A stretch of 64,000 nt of DNA, taken from contig JAHLWZ010000231.1 in the NCBI GenBank assembly GCA_020536535.1, forward strand, positions 78,985 through 142,984, written 5' to 3'. Positions within the stretch are counted from its first letter, which is position 1; the number at the start of each line of letters is the position of its first letter. The notes beneath the pieces are model-generated. The model was not told the DNA's origin, ran no database searches, and saw only the letters and a list, made by a program, of their open reading frames with translations. This document shows, piece by piece, positions 23,465 to 36,900 of this stretch. The stretch is from Pelomyxa schiedti (taxonomy: Eukaryota; Protista; Evosea). A program made the position numbers and the translations under genes.

Positions 23465-26400
23465 ATGGGCGTGAAGTCGTGGTTTGTGGTTGTTTATTGT
23501 GTTGTATTGGCACTACTTCCCTGCCAGGTGAAAACAACCCACAAGTTTTATTAATGAGACCTTTCCACAAAACTCTAAACATGGATCTCAGGGGGAAGGG
23601 AGCGCACCCGTGGCGGGTTTTCGGCCTCCTGCAGTACCTTTGATAAACTGGGACCCGTACATGAACATCTATTCGTATGTGATTTCTTTGAGATCTCGTT
23701 ATGGGGCAAAGGGTCCGCTGGTCATCGCCGGCTAATCGGGCCTCGACAGGTTCTCTGACAAGCTCACTGACAGTTGGCCAGTATTGTGGACTGGCACTGT
23801 TAAAGCTTTCGTCGGAATGCTTCGCATCGATGGTGTTGCCTATAGGTTCATGGGGCCACAATCTCAGGATGGTGGTACTCTGCCAGATCCGATGGATCAG
23901 ATATCTGTCAAGGTTTTCGTTTTGTCCAGATTTTATTTATGGAATGGGAACTCATAAGACAACCATAGGTCTATCCAACTCAGACTGAATACATTTTTTC
24001 AAAAGCAGGAGTGCAACTCACTCTGACATTCACGACTCCAAAAATAGCGGAATCAACTTATGACTATATTTCACGCCCCATAACCTATTTGCAATATAAG
24101 GTCGTTTATCATCCTCTTTACTCTACTTAATGCTGCAGGTAGTCTCGACAGATAATCAACAACATACAGTGAATCTGTATTATGACAATACTGCCGAAAT
24201 CTCAGTTAATGAAGTCAGTGAACTTGTTGTCTGGAACCGAATTTCAATTTCGGGGATGGTGGCAATGAGAATAGGGACTAATGCCCAGGATATTCTGGGA
24301 ACTGTATCACTTCCTTTGTCTTGTTATCTCCTCCTCATTTGTTTTCTCCCTCTTTACATGTTGAAAAAAAAAGAAAGGGGATTACGTGGGAATTGATTGG
24401 GGGTATATGTACGCAGCAACCGAGGATTCTAATGGTGTCACCTCAGTGATCTCTGATGCTCTTAGTGCCAGGAATACATTTATTTCCTCTGGGTATTGAA
24501 TAAATGAATTTGTTTGGTGTAATCACCACCAATGCAGGGCCCTTCCCACCACTGATGACAACGATATGCCCAGGAAATGCAACAACGATTGGCCCACACT
24601 GGCATTTGCCTGGTACTTTGATAGAAAGAATATGATAATTTAAACTTCATAAAAAGGTCTTTCACAGTTGGTCCTGAAGAAGAAGTATCTCGTTACGTAA
24701 TTGTAGCATATGATGATATCTACTCAGTCAAGTACTTTGGAACCAGGTTGAAACCTTATTGGACCAATAAGTGGGGATCCATAGGTTTCTCAGTTGGCAT
24801 TTTACTGTGATTTCTTACATATTTTATCTTAGAATCGTTCATTCTGTATAGTTGGAGTGACATGAAAAATGTTCTTGCTATGTGTGACACATTTGATCAG
24901 AACCTTATTACAGAGTTGACTAATGTACATTCTCATTTTTGAGGGAAAATATCAAAGCTCACAAAATATATATTTAGGTTGGTGGTGAAAAATTCGCTAC
25001 TATTGCAAGTCTTGCTTATAGGCAGACGTTTGCCGCAGGCAAGATGGTCTGGGATGTTGACAACTCTGGTCCTTGGTATGTGATGAAAGAAATTTCCAGT
25101 AATGGCGACTTTTCTACTGTTGATGTAATTTTCCCAGCGTAAGCTGTTCTTTTATTGTTTTATGTGTCTCCTGTAAATCTCTACCAGTTCCCCTCTGTTT
25201 GCTTGGGCTGATCCAGAGCTTCTTCGTTTACTTCTACTCCCCATCCTGATGTAAGAATAAACCTGGGTTGTTATCTACTAAATGCCAAAGGTTTGCAAAC
25301 AACGAAACAACGAACAACTATGCGGAAGCATGGGCTCCACACCACTTAGGTACATATCCCATTGCCGATATGTATGTCCCCATACTCTTTGTCGTTAGAC
25401 CCACCTTTCTAAAGCCGTACTGGAGAAGAAGAAGACATGCCAGTAGAGGAAACAGGCAATATGCTTATGATGATTGCACTAGTGACAAAACTTGAGGGAA
25501 AGTAGGATAAGTAACATAGTTGTGGAACTGCATAATTTGGGTTAAGATTTGACTCCTCTTTTGACCACTACTGGTCATTGTTGATTCAGTGGGCGGACTA
25601 CTTAATTTCCTCCCTTCCAGACACCGCCAACCAGCTCTGTACTGACGATTTTGAAGGTTATACTTTAACCATTGCACCTCCCAAGTCTAATTATTTATGA
25701 AGGGGTGAGTCCTGTACTTCTGAGTTAATGTTATACAAACCAAAAAAAAAGCCCATTCCCCATGATGCCAATTTGGCAGTGAAAGGAATTGTAGCACTTG
25801 GCGCTTTCTCTTATGTTTGTCAAGTTAAAGGTGACACAACCAATGCTGATAAGTACTCTCAGTATGTCTTCCTGTAAACAATGAGCGACTACTAATTCGG
25901 CTTAACTAGAGCAGCACAAGGTTTTGTGAGTCAGTGGTTGGACTTGGCTAATCCAGAACAGACTGATCACTACAGACTGGTGAGTAGTGACGCCCTTTTC
26001 CAGTTTAGTACAAATGTGCACAGAGATACGACGAGGCCGGGTGGAGCACGAAGTATAACCTGTTGTACCAAAGGCTCCTTGGCATTTCTGTGTTCCCTGA
26101 GTCTGTCCTATCGATGGAAACAGCCTACTACTACACTCAAATGAACAAATACGGTTTTCCCTTGGATTGCCGAGAGTACGGCTTCCCCTAATACTTCACT
26201 TCACTCACCCCTTTTGCAACCGCAGCACTTTTGCCAAATTGGACTGGGAAGCTTGGGCCGCAACGCAGTCCCTCAACTCAACTTTCTTCGTGGAAACTTT
26301 TGACGCCATCTACGAGTACACCTCCACCTCCTCAAAGACTTCTAATTGATTGCACTAAGATGGGCAAATGCCGCCCCAGACCGCGTACCCCTCAGTGATC

Positions 26401-26528
26401 TGTACTACACGACATCTGGGTCACAGTACCTCAACTTTAGGGTACATTCCTCTTCCCCCCCCCCCATACTCAATTCCAAACAGGCGAGACCTGTCGTTGG
26501 TGGTCTTTTTGCCCCTCTTCTCCTCTAG
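23465..26528 (+). CDS. Glutaminase GtaA-like protein (DUF5127/DUF4965/DUF1793 family), secreted, multi-exon
   Basis: Signal peptide MGVKSWFVVVYCVVLALL. Motifs RPPAVPLINWDPYMNIY, KEISSNGDFSTVDVIFP, WAPHHLGTYPIA, MPVEETGNML, QLCTDDFEG, NLAVKGIVAL, KYNL, PLSDLY and ARPVVGGLF are characteristic of the family. Confidence 0.9.
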
Positions 26529-26574
26529 GGAAACACCCAACAAAGCTGAAGAGAAAGAAAAACCAAAAATTACA

Positions 26575-28631
26575 TTACATTATCAACTTTGTGCTGTTTT
26601 GTAAGTATTTCCAAGGCCAGAACTGTTGTGTGCACTGTTGCGGGTCTCCAAAGTTGTAACCTGAAAGTATTCCAAGGGTTCCCACACTATGTATGTTGGT
26701 TAGTGAAGTGCTAGACTTGGGGCCATACGGAAATGCCACATATGCCACCAGGGCTGACACGACCATGTAGGTAAAAAGTTGCTTTTTGAAGGAAGCGGCG
26801 ATGGGGGGTGGTTTCTTACAAATGTAAATCAATCTCAGTCTATCCACAAAAATCCTTGGATTTGGGTGTCAACTCCATACAAAAAAGGGAGTCACATACT
26901 CCAGAAGAGTTGCAAAAACAGCAATACATGCAATAAGAGGGAAAAACGGGATCCCAAGAAATATAATAAATTGCCGGTATAATATCTCCAAGTACTCTTC
27001 CGTCAGGTCAAACTCCGGCTGTTGCAGTATAAGATTAGACAGACTTTTTAACAGCACACTCTTAATTTTCTTAGTTCCTGAGAACCTTCATAAGATGCAC
27101 ATTGCTTCCGTATGTAGGGTAACACTAACGGTACAACAACTTCCAAAAAGTTTCCAACCTTTTCTAAAGTTATTGATAGTTTGAAGGCTCCCCATACAAT
27201 AAGGTCAAGAAAGATGAGGCTCAGAAACTGGTCACCCATGTACACAAGTCCACACACACGTTCCTCTGCTGCAGTCTCAGATGAAGGTTGTAGGTGCAGT
27301 GAATCCAGTGGTAGATCAGAGTCAATTAAGGGTACATCCCAGCTGTAGGAAAACATGTAGGAATATTTATCAAGTACCAACCAGCGTGAAATGTACACTA
27401 CAATAATGTTCAGTATCTAATTAACTTTAGGTGGGCCACGAATTGTAAATACCTTAAATATGAACCACTTGAAAAGCAGGTGACTCTTAAAAGTAGAACG
27501 AGTTGTGTGCCGCTCAAAAGTATTCAGCTTCACTGCAATCCAGGACCACAGGGTCCTTGTGGACGTAACCACAATTGAAATTAGAGTTGAAGCTCTATGC
27601 GTTGTGAGATTTACCCCCATCAAAGGGCAAACATAGTTGATTTCATGAAATTCTTCTCCAGGATAGCAAATGCAAAAGTGAAGCCACAAGAAATGCTCAG
27701 AAGTCCAAGGAAGACAAGAAACGAAACAGCAAAACGCCAGCTGCGTTGAAACACTGTAATGCCCAAATTATCCTGGAATGCTCATGACAAGATGTAGCTC
27801 AGGGCATAAAATTCACCTCAATAATATCCTCGTCACATAATAAATGCTCTTCAGATTCTGCGTCTCTTTTATGCTTTCTTTGTTCCAAGTATTTCGAGAT
27901 AAAGAGGTTATACAACCATCTTAAAAATGACACAATCAGGGCCAAGTAAAGAAATGCCGAATTTACCCAGAAAAGAACCAAGAAAATCCAAGGAAAGAGG
28001 TGGACATAAACCTGGAAAGGGTCAGCGTGAGAGTGAGACGAATTTCCAGTCCTCACCAATAAGTAAAAGATGAGCTGCGATAAGAAGAGAGGTAAAATAG
28101 TTTCCGCTTATTATATACATCCCCAAACTTGTATGTATCGGGGAGTTCCCAGTCTTCTGCTGTTACATCCAAGAAAAAATGCGGTATTATATTGGAGAGT
28201 ACTAACAGGTGTGGGTAAAAAGAAAAAAAAAAGTGGTGACTTACCAATAATACTTTGAAACATATTAAACAATAATGTGAACAAAAGAAACCTGAAGTAT
28301 AATTCTACACTGGAGCCATAACTATGTGAAAAAGTAAAAAACAGGTTTCTTCAGGTGGGGGAAAAACACACCTCACTCCCAGGTCCTTTTTCGTTGCACA
28401 ACACAAACTGGGCCTCGCTCTCAACGAACCGCCCTCGACATCACCTTCCCAGGTGAGCAGAAACAACATTACCCACAAAAAAAAAAAAAAAACAAAAAAA
28501 AAACTTGACAAACCAAGTGCAGCGTAATGGTCGTAGTCGCTATCAACCGCAGTACCCTCCAGCTCAATTCCAGTGTCGTTCTCACCACCCGATGTCATGT
28601 CTCGTGCCTTCAAAGAAACAGTTGCTGGCAA
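26575..28631 (-). CDS. Short transmembrane channel-like (TMC/TMEM16 superfamily) protein
   Basis: Multiple TM segments with LNTFERH, CGLVYMGDQFLSLIFLD, PEFDLTEEYLEILYRQFIIFLGIPFFPLI and DRLRLIYICKKP, resembling the TMC signature region. Confidence 0.65.
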
Positions 28632-28745
28632 AGTGTTCGTGTGTCTGTTGCGTCGTCGTTCTCGGCCCCCACTCGAAGGATTTCGCGGTGATTGCTGGCA
28701 CCAAGTTGGAAAGCTAATTCAGGCCTGCTTATCAGCACCGGGGAC

Positions 28746-29261
28746 CAAAGGTGCGGACGAATATTCGTACTTCGAATAAATTCGATTTTTTTTGACTATT
28801 CGTCGAATGTCGAATGCCTGTTACTATTTGGCTGAATAAAAAAAACACCAGACGGCCGATCCTGAGCGACGATAACGAAAAGTACAGCGTTCCGGTCTGT
28901 TGATTATTTTATTCAGCCATTTGGTATTCGGTTCTTTTGTTGTTGTACGTGGGAAAGTGTCTGCCCACACTATTGGTGGGGGTAGATACAATTAATAGTT
29001 GCCTACATAAAGTGTTTGTACCTTGCGTGCCCCGTTAACGTAAGATGTACGTGTCCCTTTTTGCCGGATTTGCGACAGTCTAAGAGGCCACAAAAAAAAA
29101 AACCCTTCGCATAACAATCAATAATGAGGACCGGCCAGTCTAGTCTGAGGTATGCACAAGTTGGAGAACACCTCGAATATCGAACGTCGAATACCGTTTT
29201 TTTGGCCGAATATTCGTTTTTCGAATACCATCCTGGCCTATTCGGTATTCGCGCAGCTTTG
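28746..29261. mobile_element. Non-autonomous DNA transposon (MITE), hAT-type, 516 bp
   Basis: Exact 8-bp direct repeat CCGGGGAC at 28738-28745 and 29262-29269. Terminal inverted repeats CAAAGGTGCG and CAAAGCTGCG (reverse complement of 29252-29261) match 9/10. Many subterminal CGAATA/TATTCG motifs at both ends. No transposase ORF. Confidence 0.88.
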
Positions 29262-29606
29262 CCGGGGACTCTGGGGGCTCACTGACATTTCAGAACTGAC
29301 AGACCCGTCAACAGGGGCACTCAGACTCACACTACCTGATAAAAAAAAACCTGAGCAGCAACCACTGACCCTCACCTTCTCCTTCTTGGCTTCTCGTTTC
29401 TGAACTAAATGAAGAATCGTATTCTTGCTGTCGGTAACTCTGTTGTGAGTGTTTTTGTGTCAAGGACAAGTGGTTCTTTAATTTTATTTCATAACACCAA
29501 TCCACGGCTTGAGGGTGATTTTCGTAGGATAATAATTCCTTGTGGTAGAGCTCTTTGTAGCGGCAATCCAGCTACTGACTTTTTTCTGTCTTTTTTTTTC
29601 TTTCTT

Positions 29607-30258
29607 TTAGTGTGATTGTTGCAGTAGAAAATGTTGGAATTCTTTCAGCTGGGCTATAAACCCCTCATTGGGTGATATCTGCGGGGTAGATAATAATTAG
29701 ACAGACTTATTCAAATGGAGTTCACATACAGGTCTGATATTGGATAGAACTTCATAAGCCTTTTGGAATGTCCAATTATTCTTCCACATTAAGTATGCCA
29801 GAACCACTGTTGCTGATCTGCTGACTCCCAATCCACTTAGGGTATTAATCAGTTACAGTAAGTCATTTCGGGTCACAGGCTTACAGTACCAGTGAACCAG
29901 TACTCCTCCAGCATCCCTTCCTGCATCAATAAACTAGATAGAGGTGAAAACCAAAAGGTTCACTCACCTCCTCGTTCATGGAGGAATTTCAAATGAAAGG
30001 TAAGAATAAAAGGCAAAGAAGTCAACACACCTTGTTGCATTCCTCAAACCTTTCAATTAAATTTTGATTGTCAACATCCATTGCCAAAATGTGCAGTTTT
30101 TTCTGAGCCCAGGAGGTGTCCAGTGACCACATTGGCTCATACGCAACCACTGATAGGCACCACTTCACACCCTTTGAAGCCATCAGTTCCCCATTTCCTG
30201 CTGCTGATGTGCCTCCAATAAACAGCCCAGGGCACACTTCGTCCATCACTGAAACCAT
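29607..30258 (-). CDS. Atypical dual-specificity protein phosphatase
   Basis: EVCPGLFIGG, FIDAGRDAGGVLVHC/GLGVSRSATVVLAYLM (HCx5R motif) and SPNEGFIAQL. Stop TAA 29607-29609. Confidence 0.92.
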
Positions 30259-30309
30259 TTTTTCCTATCATCTAGGTATTAAAAAACACAACGAAAATCT
30301 TTTGTTGCC

Positions 30310-32527
30310 TCATTCTGTTTTTTTTGGATCTGTTGTGCCCTTTGTGGTATCGGCGGGTTTTTTGATGCACCCTTCAGTGGCGGGACTGAAGAAATCCGTC
30401 TGAATGTTGATTGGTGTTGCTGTGTGTAAATAGAATAGTGAAGAAACCTGTAGCATTGAGTTCTGGGACAGGTAACCAAGGGCACTGAACATAGTTGTTA
30501 TTGATTCCTGATGATCTAGCGGATTTGTTGCCCAGTATGCAATTGTGCCTTCCAATGACGGGAATTGGTTACCATCCTATATCTCAATGTGAGGAAAACC
30601 CAGAAAATCCCATCTCAACAAGAAAAATCATACACGATCAAAGCTGGGAATAAGTTTGCATGTCTCCCAAATGCTTTGTTTCTGTGAAGCAGGAAGATTT
30701 TCAAGCTGTGTGGCCCATGCCTGTAGCTGGGCAAGTTAAATTTTAACATAATGGAAACAGAAGACATACCATGTGAAGTTGCATCATGGAAGACCGGGCA
30801 GTGCAGCCCCAGAGAGAGGAATCCCCTTCTGTATCAACGGATGGAGCAGGAAACTCGTTGGAAAACACCTTTGGATAGGCCCACTTAACTTGCCGGAACG
30901 CAGCATGCAATAGCTCGGCCAAGATTGGCTGTACTGAGCCTCGTTTTTGTATAGACTTGGCGAATACAGCATTCACTAAATCCAGAATCGATGTGCTCTC
31001 TGAAGGTTGCGCTTGCAGCCCACAGACTTGGAGAATGGCTTTCATTATTATTCTTCGTTCAAATGCATCCATCTCCTCTGCTCTCTGAGCATACATTTTA
31101 ACAGATCTGATAATGGCATTGAAGAAGGATGGGGGCGAAGGAGAATTGAAGAGATAGGAATTAGTCAGTTGAGGGGAAGAAGGAACACTTGGGGTTTTTG
31201 GAGTTCCCGCTAAAGCCGAGGTTGATGAAGCTGGTGTAGGTTTGGACCGGTTTGGACTTAGTATGTCAGAGACACCTTCAGAGGGAGGAGGGGACGTGGG
31301 GGATAGTGCGGTTGTATTACTTGAATGTGCCGGAGACAGAGGGGGAGAGGGAGATTGTGCTTGCGGCGAAAACGGAGACTGTGCCAAAGGCATTAGAGAA
31401 AGTGCTTGGAGTGGGAATGGTGGCATCCCTAGCTGCTGCTGTTGTGCAGTTAATTGAGAAAGACTTGGAGGCCGACCTCGACGAGGAGCGGTAATTGTTG
31501 GTTGTAGTTGTTGGAACTGGCCTCGCTGAGGTTTATGTGTGGATTGATGCGCGTGTGGAGGCACTAACTCCATAGCCTGTGGATTAGAGAAAAGCATTGG
31601 ATTGTACTGAAGATTCCGTGGGTATTGCATGCATCGCTTATCCGGAGTTTGTGAAAAGGCCCTCTGCGCATCTGGATATGCACTATAACCAAGGGGTTGT
31701 GATGAGGTGGAACTGCGAGGCCGAGTACCAGAGCTAGGGGAGTGTGCGAGCTTAGGACGTGATTGATAAGTTTCGTATTGCTCAGTACTCGGATGCTTTC
31801 TAGGTAAAGAGTATTCTCCACCTAGTGCTGTACCAAAAGCTTCGTGCAGTTGTTGGTGCATAGGGATTGTATTGCGAAGTGGATAAGGGATTTGCTTTGC
31901 GTGATATTGTTCAATCTGGCTCTGAAGTTGCTGGTGCTTGATCTGGGGAGGGATACTACCGTCGTAATAATCAGGTGCCTGCAGGCAACGACCCTGAGAT
32001 TCTTGTATTTGTTGTTGTTCTTTCAATTGTCCGTGTATTAAATTTCGATCCAAGGAGGACTGGTGCTGCAGTTGACTTTGAACTTGAGGCATCCTCATAA
32101 GCATAGGCATTGGCATTTGCATTGGCAAAGACCTTTTATACAATTGAGGTGGGCGGTTGTACTCTTCGATCTCTTCTGTTAAACTTGGTCATTATATTTA
32201 ACCAGTCGCACAACAGCTATGGGGAAAAAAAAAATCAACTCAACCTGAACTGCTCACTCTGTGTCCATGGCGTGATTGATGACTTGTTGGGATAAACTCA
32301 CAAGGAAAGGGATAAACTCCAATTCCGCTACCACCCTCGCAGGCGTCCATAGCCACCGAGTAACAAGAAGGCAACAAGTTCACATGCTGCCTGTTATTAT
32401 TGACGGCAATGTTGTCACTGAAAACACCACTGACATTTCCAGGCCCGCTGTTGCTCCCCTTATGTTGCAGTTGTGATGATGTCACTTTGGCATTGACGTC
32501 AACAAGTTGTTGCTGCTGAGGCCGCAT
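30310..32527 (-). CDS. Hypothetical protein: Q/P/S-rich disordered N-terminus and globular C-terminal domain of unknown family
   Basis: 466-aa exon ORF 30743..32143, flanked by compatible exons (start MRPQQQQ at 32527; last exon ...KKTE-stop at 30310). No motif recognised. Confidence 0.6.
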
Positions 32528-32717
32528 GGTTTTTTTTTCTTTGTTGACTTTGCCGAACGCAAGGTGTCTCTTGTGTTGGAAATTTTTTTCTTGTGATGAT
32601 GCGGGCGGTTCCACACACTCAGAAAAAAGCAATAACTGTAAAGGAAGAAAAATTGGAAGTGCCTCTTGGCGAAACCAAAAGTTACTTGCTGTCCAAACAA
32701 GGAAGGTCTGGAAAGAA

Positions 32718-33896
32718 CTAGTGGTTGTTTGGTTGTTCGGAAGGAAATGACGAGGAGGTACTGGACATTGTTGTAGTTGCTGTAGTTGGGGTCCTGTGGC
32801 ATGATATAGGTAGAAATTCCCTCAGGGTTGAGTTGGAAAAACTCTGGACTGTGTCAAACTGCTGCTTCAGTTTTTGTGGCCAACTGGGCATGCTGGATTG
32901 GAAGTCCTTCATGTTCACTTTGGCATGTAGGTGCTCGTGATTGCGGTAGTTGCCGTTGTTGATGACTATGGAGTGCAGTTTCTCCATATGGAAGGACCCG
33001 CACACGGTCTGCACTGCTGCAAACATGTCAATGGCCTCTGGTTCTGTGAGTTCATGTATTGATCCGAGGTGGCGCTTTGGTGTTATTATAATCTTAGGTC
33101 TTCCCTGGGCATCTATCCAACAACGGCTGAACTCCTTAACAGGCATCAATTCAATGTGTTACGAAACTGTTAAAAAGGAAGAAATATTAAGGGGAAATTT
33201 GAGAAGATGAAGTACAGTTTCCAAAATTAGAGCGTTCTGCGATACTACATTGCCTTCAGTGACACAGGATATACATGTCTCATAGTGCTTTACAGGTTTA
33301 CGGTTCCTCCCATAGCACACATTTCCCTGAAAGGTCTCCCCAGATTCACTTGGTCTCAACTATAACGACAGCACTATTAGTTCAGAATTACAATGATTCG
33401 ACACAACATTTTTCAAACCCACAAAGGAGATTAACTTATTTACCTATATACATACATTACTACTACTACTACAGTTACTATTACATGCCTCGAACCTATA
33501 ATGGGGGATTCCCGACGTGACTTGAATGACACTGGCAACAGCCTTAGCGAACCGGGCCACGCAACCAGCATCCATATTCCCAAACACTGGCCCTGCTCCT
33601 TTCCCCTCTCCCTCTCCTTGCCTCACTCCCTCTCCTTCCCCTTCCCCTCGCGACACCCTCCCCGTCCCCGTGTCTTCTGCCGGCCGCGAAGCAGCCGTTT
33701 GTGCGGGCGAGAGTTGCGGTTGCTGCTGCGTGGGCTCGAAGGTGACCATTGGGGAGCTGTGCTTGCCCCCGGCCCCCACCGCCCGTGTTAGGCGGCAGGG
33801 GAACGCCGCCCCCGACGAGTCCGCGGTGGGCAGCAATATCGCCCTGGGACCCTCCGGCCCCCCGCTCCCCTGTTGCTCCCCCTGCCTCGTGTCCAT
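32718..33896 (-). CDS. HIT (histidine triad) family protein with N-terminal extension
   Basis: CISC (CxxC) followed by IIITPKRHLGSIHEL and NNGNYRNHEHLHAKV (HxHxH triad). First exon is GC-rich and low-complexity. Confidence 0.8.
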
Positions 33897-33962
33897 AACT
33901 TAGTGTTTCACGAAAAAACCGAACGTTTTGGAAAAACAAAAGCAAAGAGACAACAAACGCTT

Positions 33963-36900
33963 TCAAGGACTTTTGTTCTCGTCGGCGGTTGCACTTGTTG
34001 CAGGGGTTTCTTTGGGCGGCTTCTCGGGAGTCGTTGGTTTTGTGGGTGGTTTCGTAGCGGCGTGGTGGGGGTGTGCGGCCAATGGGCTGGAGAATTGCGC
34101 CGGGATTATGGCCACGCTCTCGGTGCAGTCCTGGACTTTGTAGATGCCGACGAGCCGGTCCGCCAGCTCGAACATGTCGTTCCTCAGGCTGATGATTACA
34201 AACTGCGCGTTCTTGGTCCTTTGCTTGATGTAGTTGGCGACGATGGACACGTTCTTAAAGTCCAGTGCCGCATCGATTTCGTCCATGACATACAGCGGCG
34301 TGGGGTTGTAATCATGAAGTGCAAATACGAGGGCAAGAGAGCTGAGTGTCTGAGTGGCCGGCGTTAGTAATTTGTTTTGGTTTGTGTGACTCGACTCTAC
34401 GGTTAACATAACAGTATAACTATTACGAGAAATTTGTCATTTGGTAGGGGATTGGTTTTACCTTCTCACCACCAGAGAGGTTTGAAATATGCTTCCAACT
34501 CTTTTTAGGGGGCCTCACACTGAATACTATGCCCTCGGAGAAGGGGTTGAGCCGGTCAACCAGTTCAAGGTCCGCATCTCCTCCAACTGTGATCATTTGA
34601 TACATTTCCTTTTGAGGTCAGATTCTTTTCCATAAAGCACAGAAAGAGGAAGGTGCGCACCTTGAGCTTCATCGTGATGTGTGAGAATCCTTCCATGAAT
34701 TCATCAAGTCTGGAATTTCTTACTGCGAGTTCAACTTTTAGTTCTTACCGTCTCTTGCACAATGTGTCGTGCTTAATTTTTAAATCATCAAGCATGTGCG
34801 TTATCTCCTCTAGCTCGTGTAATTTCTCTAGGTATAGCTTCTCTTTTTTCTTATACTCCAAAATTGCTGGCATATTTGGCTTCATAGTTTTCAAAGCTGC
34901 TTGCAACTTTGCTAGTTGTAGGACAGAGTATCAGCATCAAGAATGTGAGTAAGAGAATATTACCTATCTCTTTTTCGATACTGTGAGCATCCATTTTACC
35001 CAATTCTTTCTCGTTGAAAAACTGAAGTGGTGTTGGTTTTTGCTCAAGGTCCTCAGCTATTCTAAAGAAAATGTGAATTCTCCACTTACCCAAATTATAG
35101 GTGTAGAGGTACCGAGCCAGTTTGTTTTCAATGTCTTTTATTTTTGCCATTGCTGAATTTCCTTTAGCTTGAATATCTTTTCGGTTGCATCGTGAGAAGT
35201 ACGATTAGAGTGTAAGGATGAAACCATTGAGAGAGGCAACGTTGACTTCGATTTCGTGAGTTAACTGTACTTGCAAGGTATTGGACGCCGCTACTACCTT
35301 TCTTAATTTATCTACTTCCTTTTGAGCTTGATCAAGGTGAGACAGCTTCTCATCAACGACCGCCTTGTCCTTTTCATACTGCTCATTGAGGGTAACAGCG
35401 TTCTTGGTTATTTCATCCAGTTTTGTTTGTGTAGTTGTAAGCTTGTCAGCCAATTGATTAAGTTCTTCCTTTGCGCGCTTCACAGACAGTTCAGCTTTCT
35501 TTGCTGCAGCATGTGCTCTGTCAGCTTCTACATCGGCTGCAGTAATTTGATTCGGGAGAGACTCAATCTGGGAAGTGTGAACTATTGTATAAAACCCGAA
35601 AGATTGATGGATCACCTTTTCATTTAGTCCATCAACAGTCATTTTTTGTACTTGAAGTTTAGATCCACCAGCAGCCATAATTTGATCTCTTATATGGGCA
35701 ATTTCTGTCTTAGAAAGTGTGTTGATTTTCCTTATAAGGGAAAAAGGGGAAGCACACCTCAAGTTCTGACATGGATGCTTTCACTTTTTTGTACTCTGAA
35801 GTATCTTTGTCAATACTTTTTTGTAGATCGGCCTTTTTAGCTTCCTCTTGGGGTAGCAGTTGTCTTTGTGACTCCAACGTTGTTATTGATTGCTTCAATG
35901 ATGCCTGGCGCTTTTTATTTGCCTATAATGTGGTGGTTTCAGTCACACAATTAAGATGGGTTAAGCATGCCTCTAAGTCCATTTCCAATTTGGTGAGATC
36001 GGAGTTTTCTATGAGTCTTTGCAGTTTTTCTTTTTCTCGTTCATGGTCTGATTTTTGGGCTTGAAGCATGTCCAATTCACTGGTCATCTTCTCCAATTGC
36101 AACTTGAAATTTGAATATGAGAAACGTCCGTTATGGTGTGGTATTTTACTGCAGCTTGCTTGAGGGCGGCTTCATCTTCTGCTGTGAATATTGAGGATGC
36201 CATTCCGCCACGGTAAACTCGATTTCCACCTCCGGACATTGTTCCACTTGTGTCAATTACCTCCCCCTGGAAATATTTAGGCACACTAATAGTGTAGTGG
36301 TTTTACACCTGAAGGGTTACAACTCGCCACCGCTTTTCGGGATAAGCAATTCTAAATTCATGTTAGGTGTAAATAATGCACAACTGATCAGGGAAATTAC
36401 CGTGTTGCCTGAGCAATATCGTTTGCGACTAGAGTATCACCCAGGGCATGATAAAATGCTGGCAAAAGTTCTTTTTGAGAGACTTTCACACAATCAAAAA
36501 GCCTCCATAAATTCTCAGAGACAATGAAGGAAATAAAAGGAAAATAAAAGAAAAAGTGAAGAAGGGGAAAAAACCGTGGCACGTTTTCTGGGGTTGGTTT
36601 TGGTGCCATTTGAGAAATCAAATCATGTTGCTTTTCCAAAATGATAAAAGTACTTCTCCCCAATTTGTTTGTTCTACAGGCAATGAATTGAGTAGAAATG
36701 GGAGGTAGTTTTGGTTACTTCAGGAACTCCACACAACTTCTGGCAGTGTCCTCATCTTGAACGACAATATTATCCAGGGATGGGCAGGCAGTGGATATGG
36801 CAACATCATATTTGTTGTCTATTGCGCCAAGATCCCCGAGTCGCCCCTAAAGACTTACTGAATCTTCCAAACTTATTCAGTGTCACATACATAAATGCCA

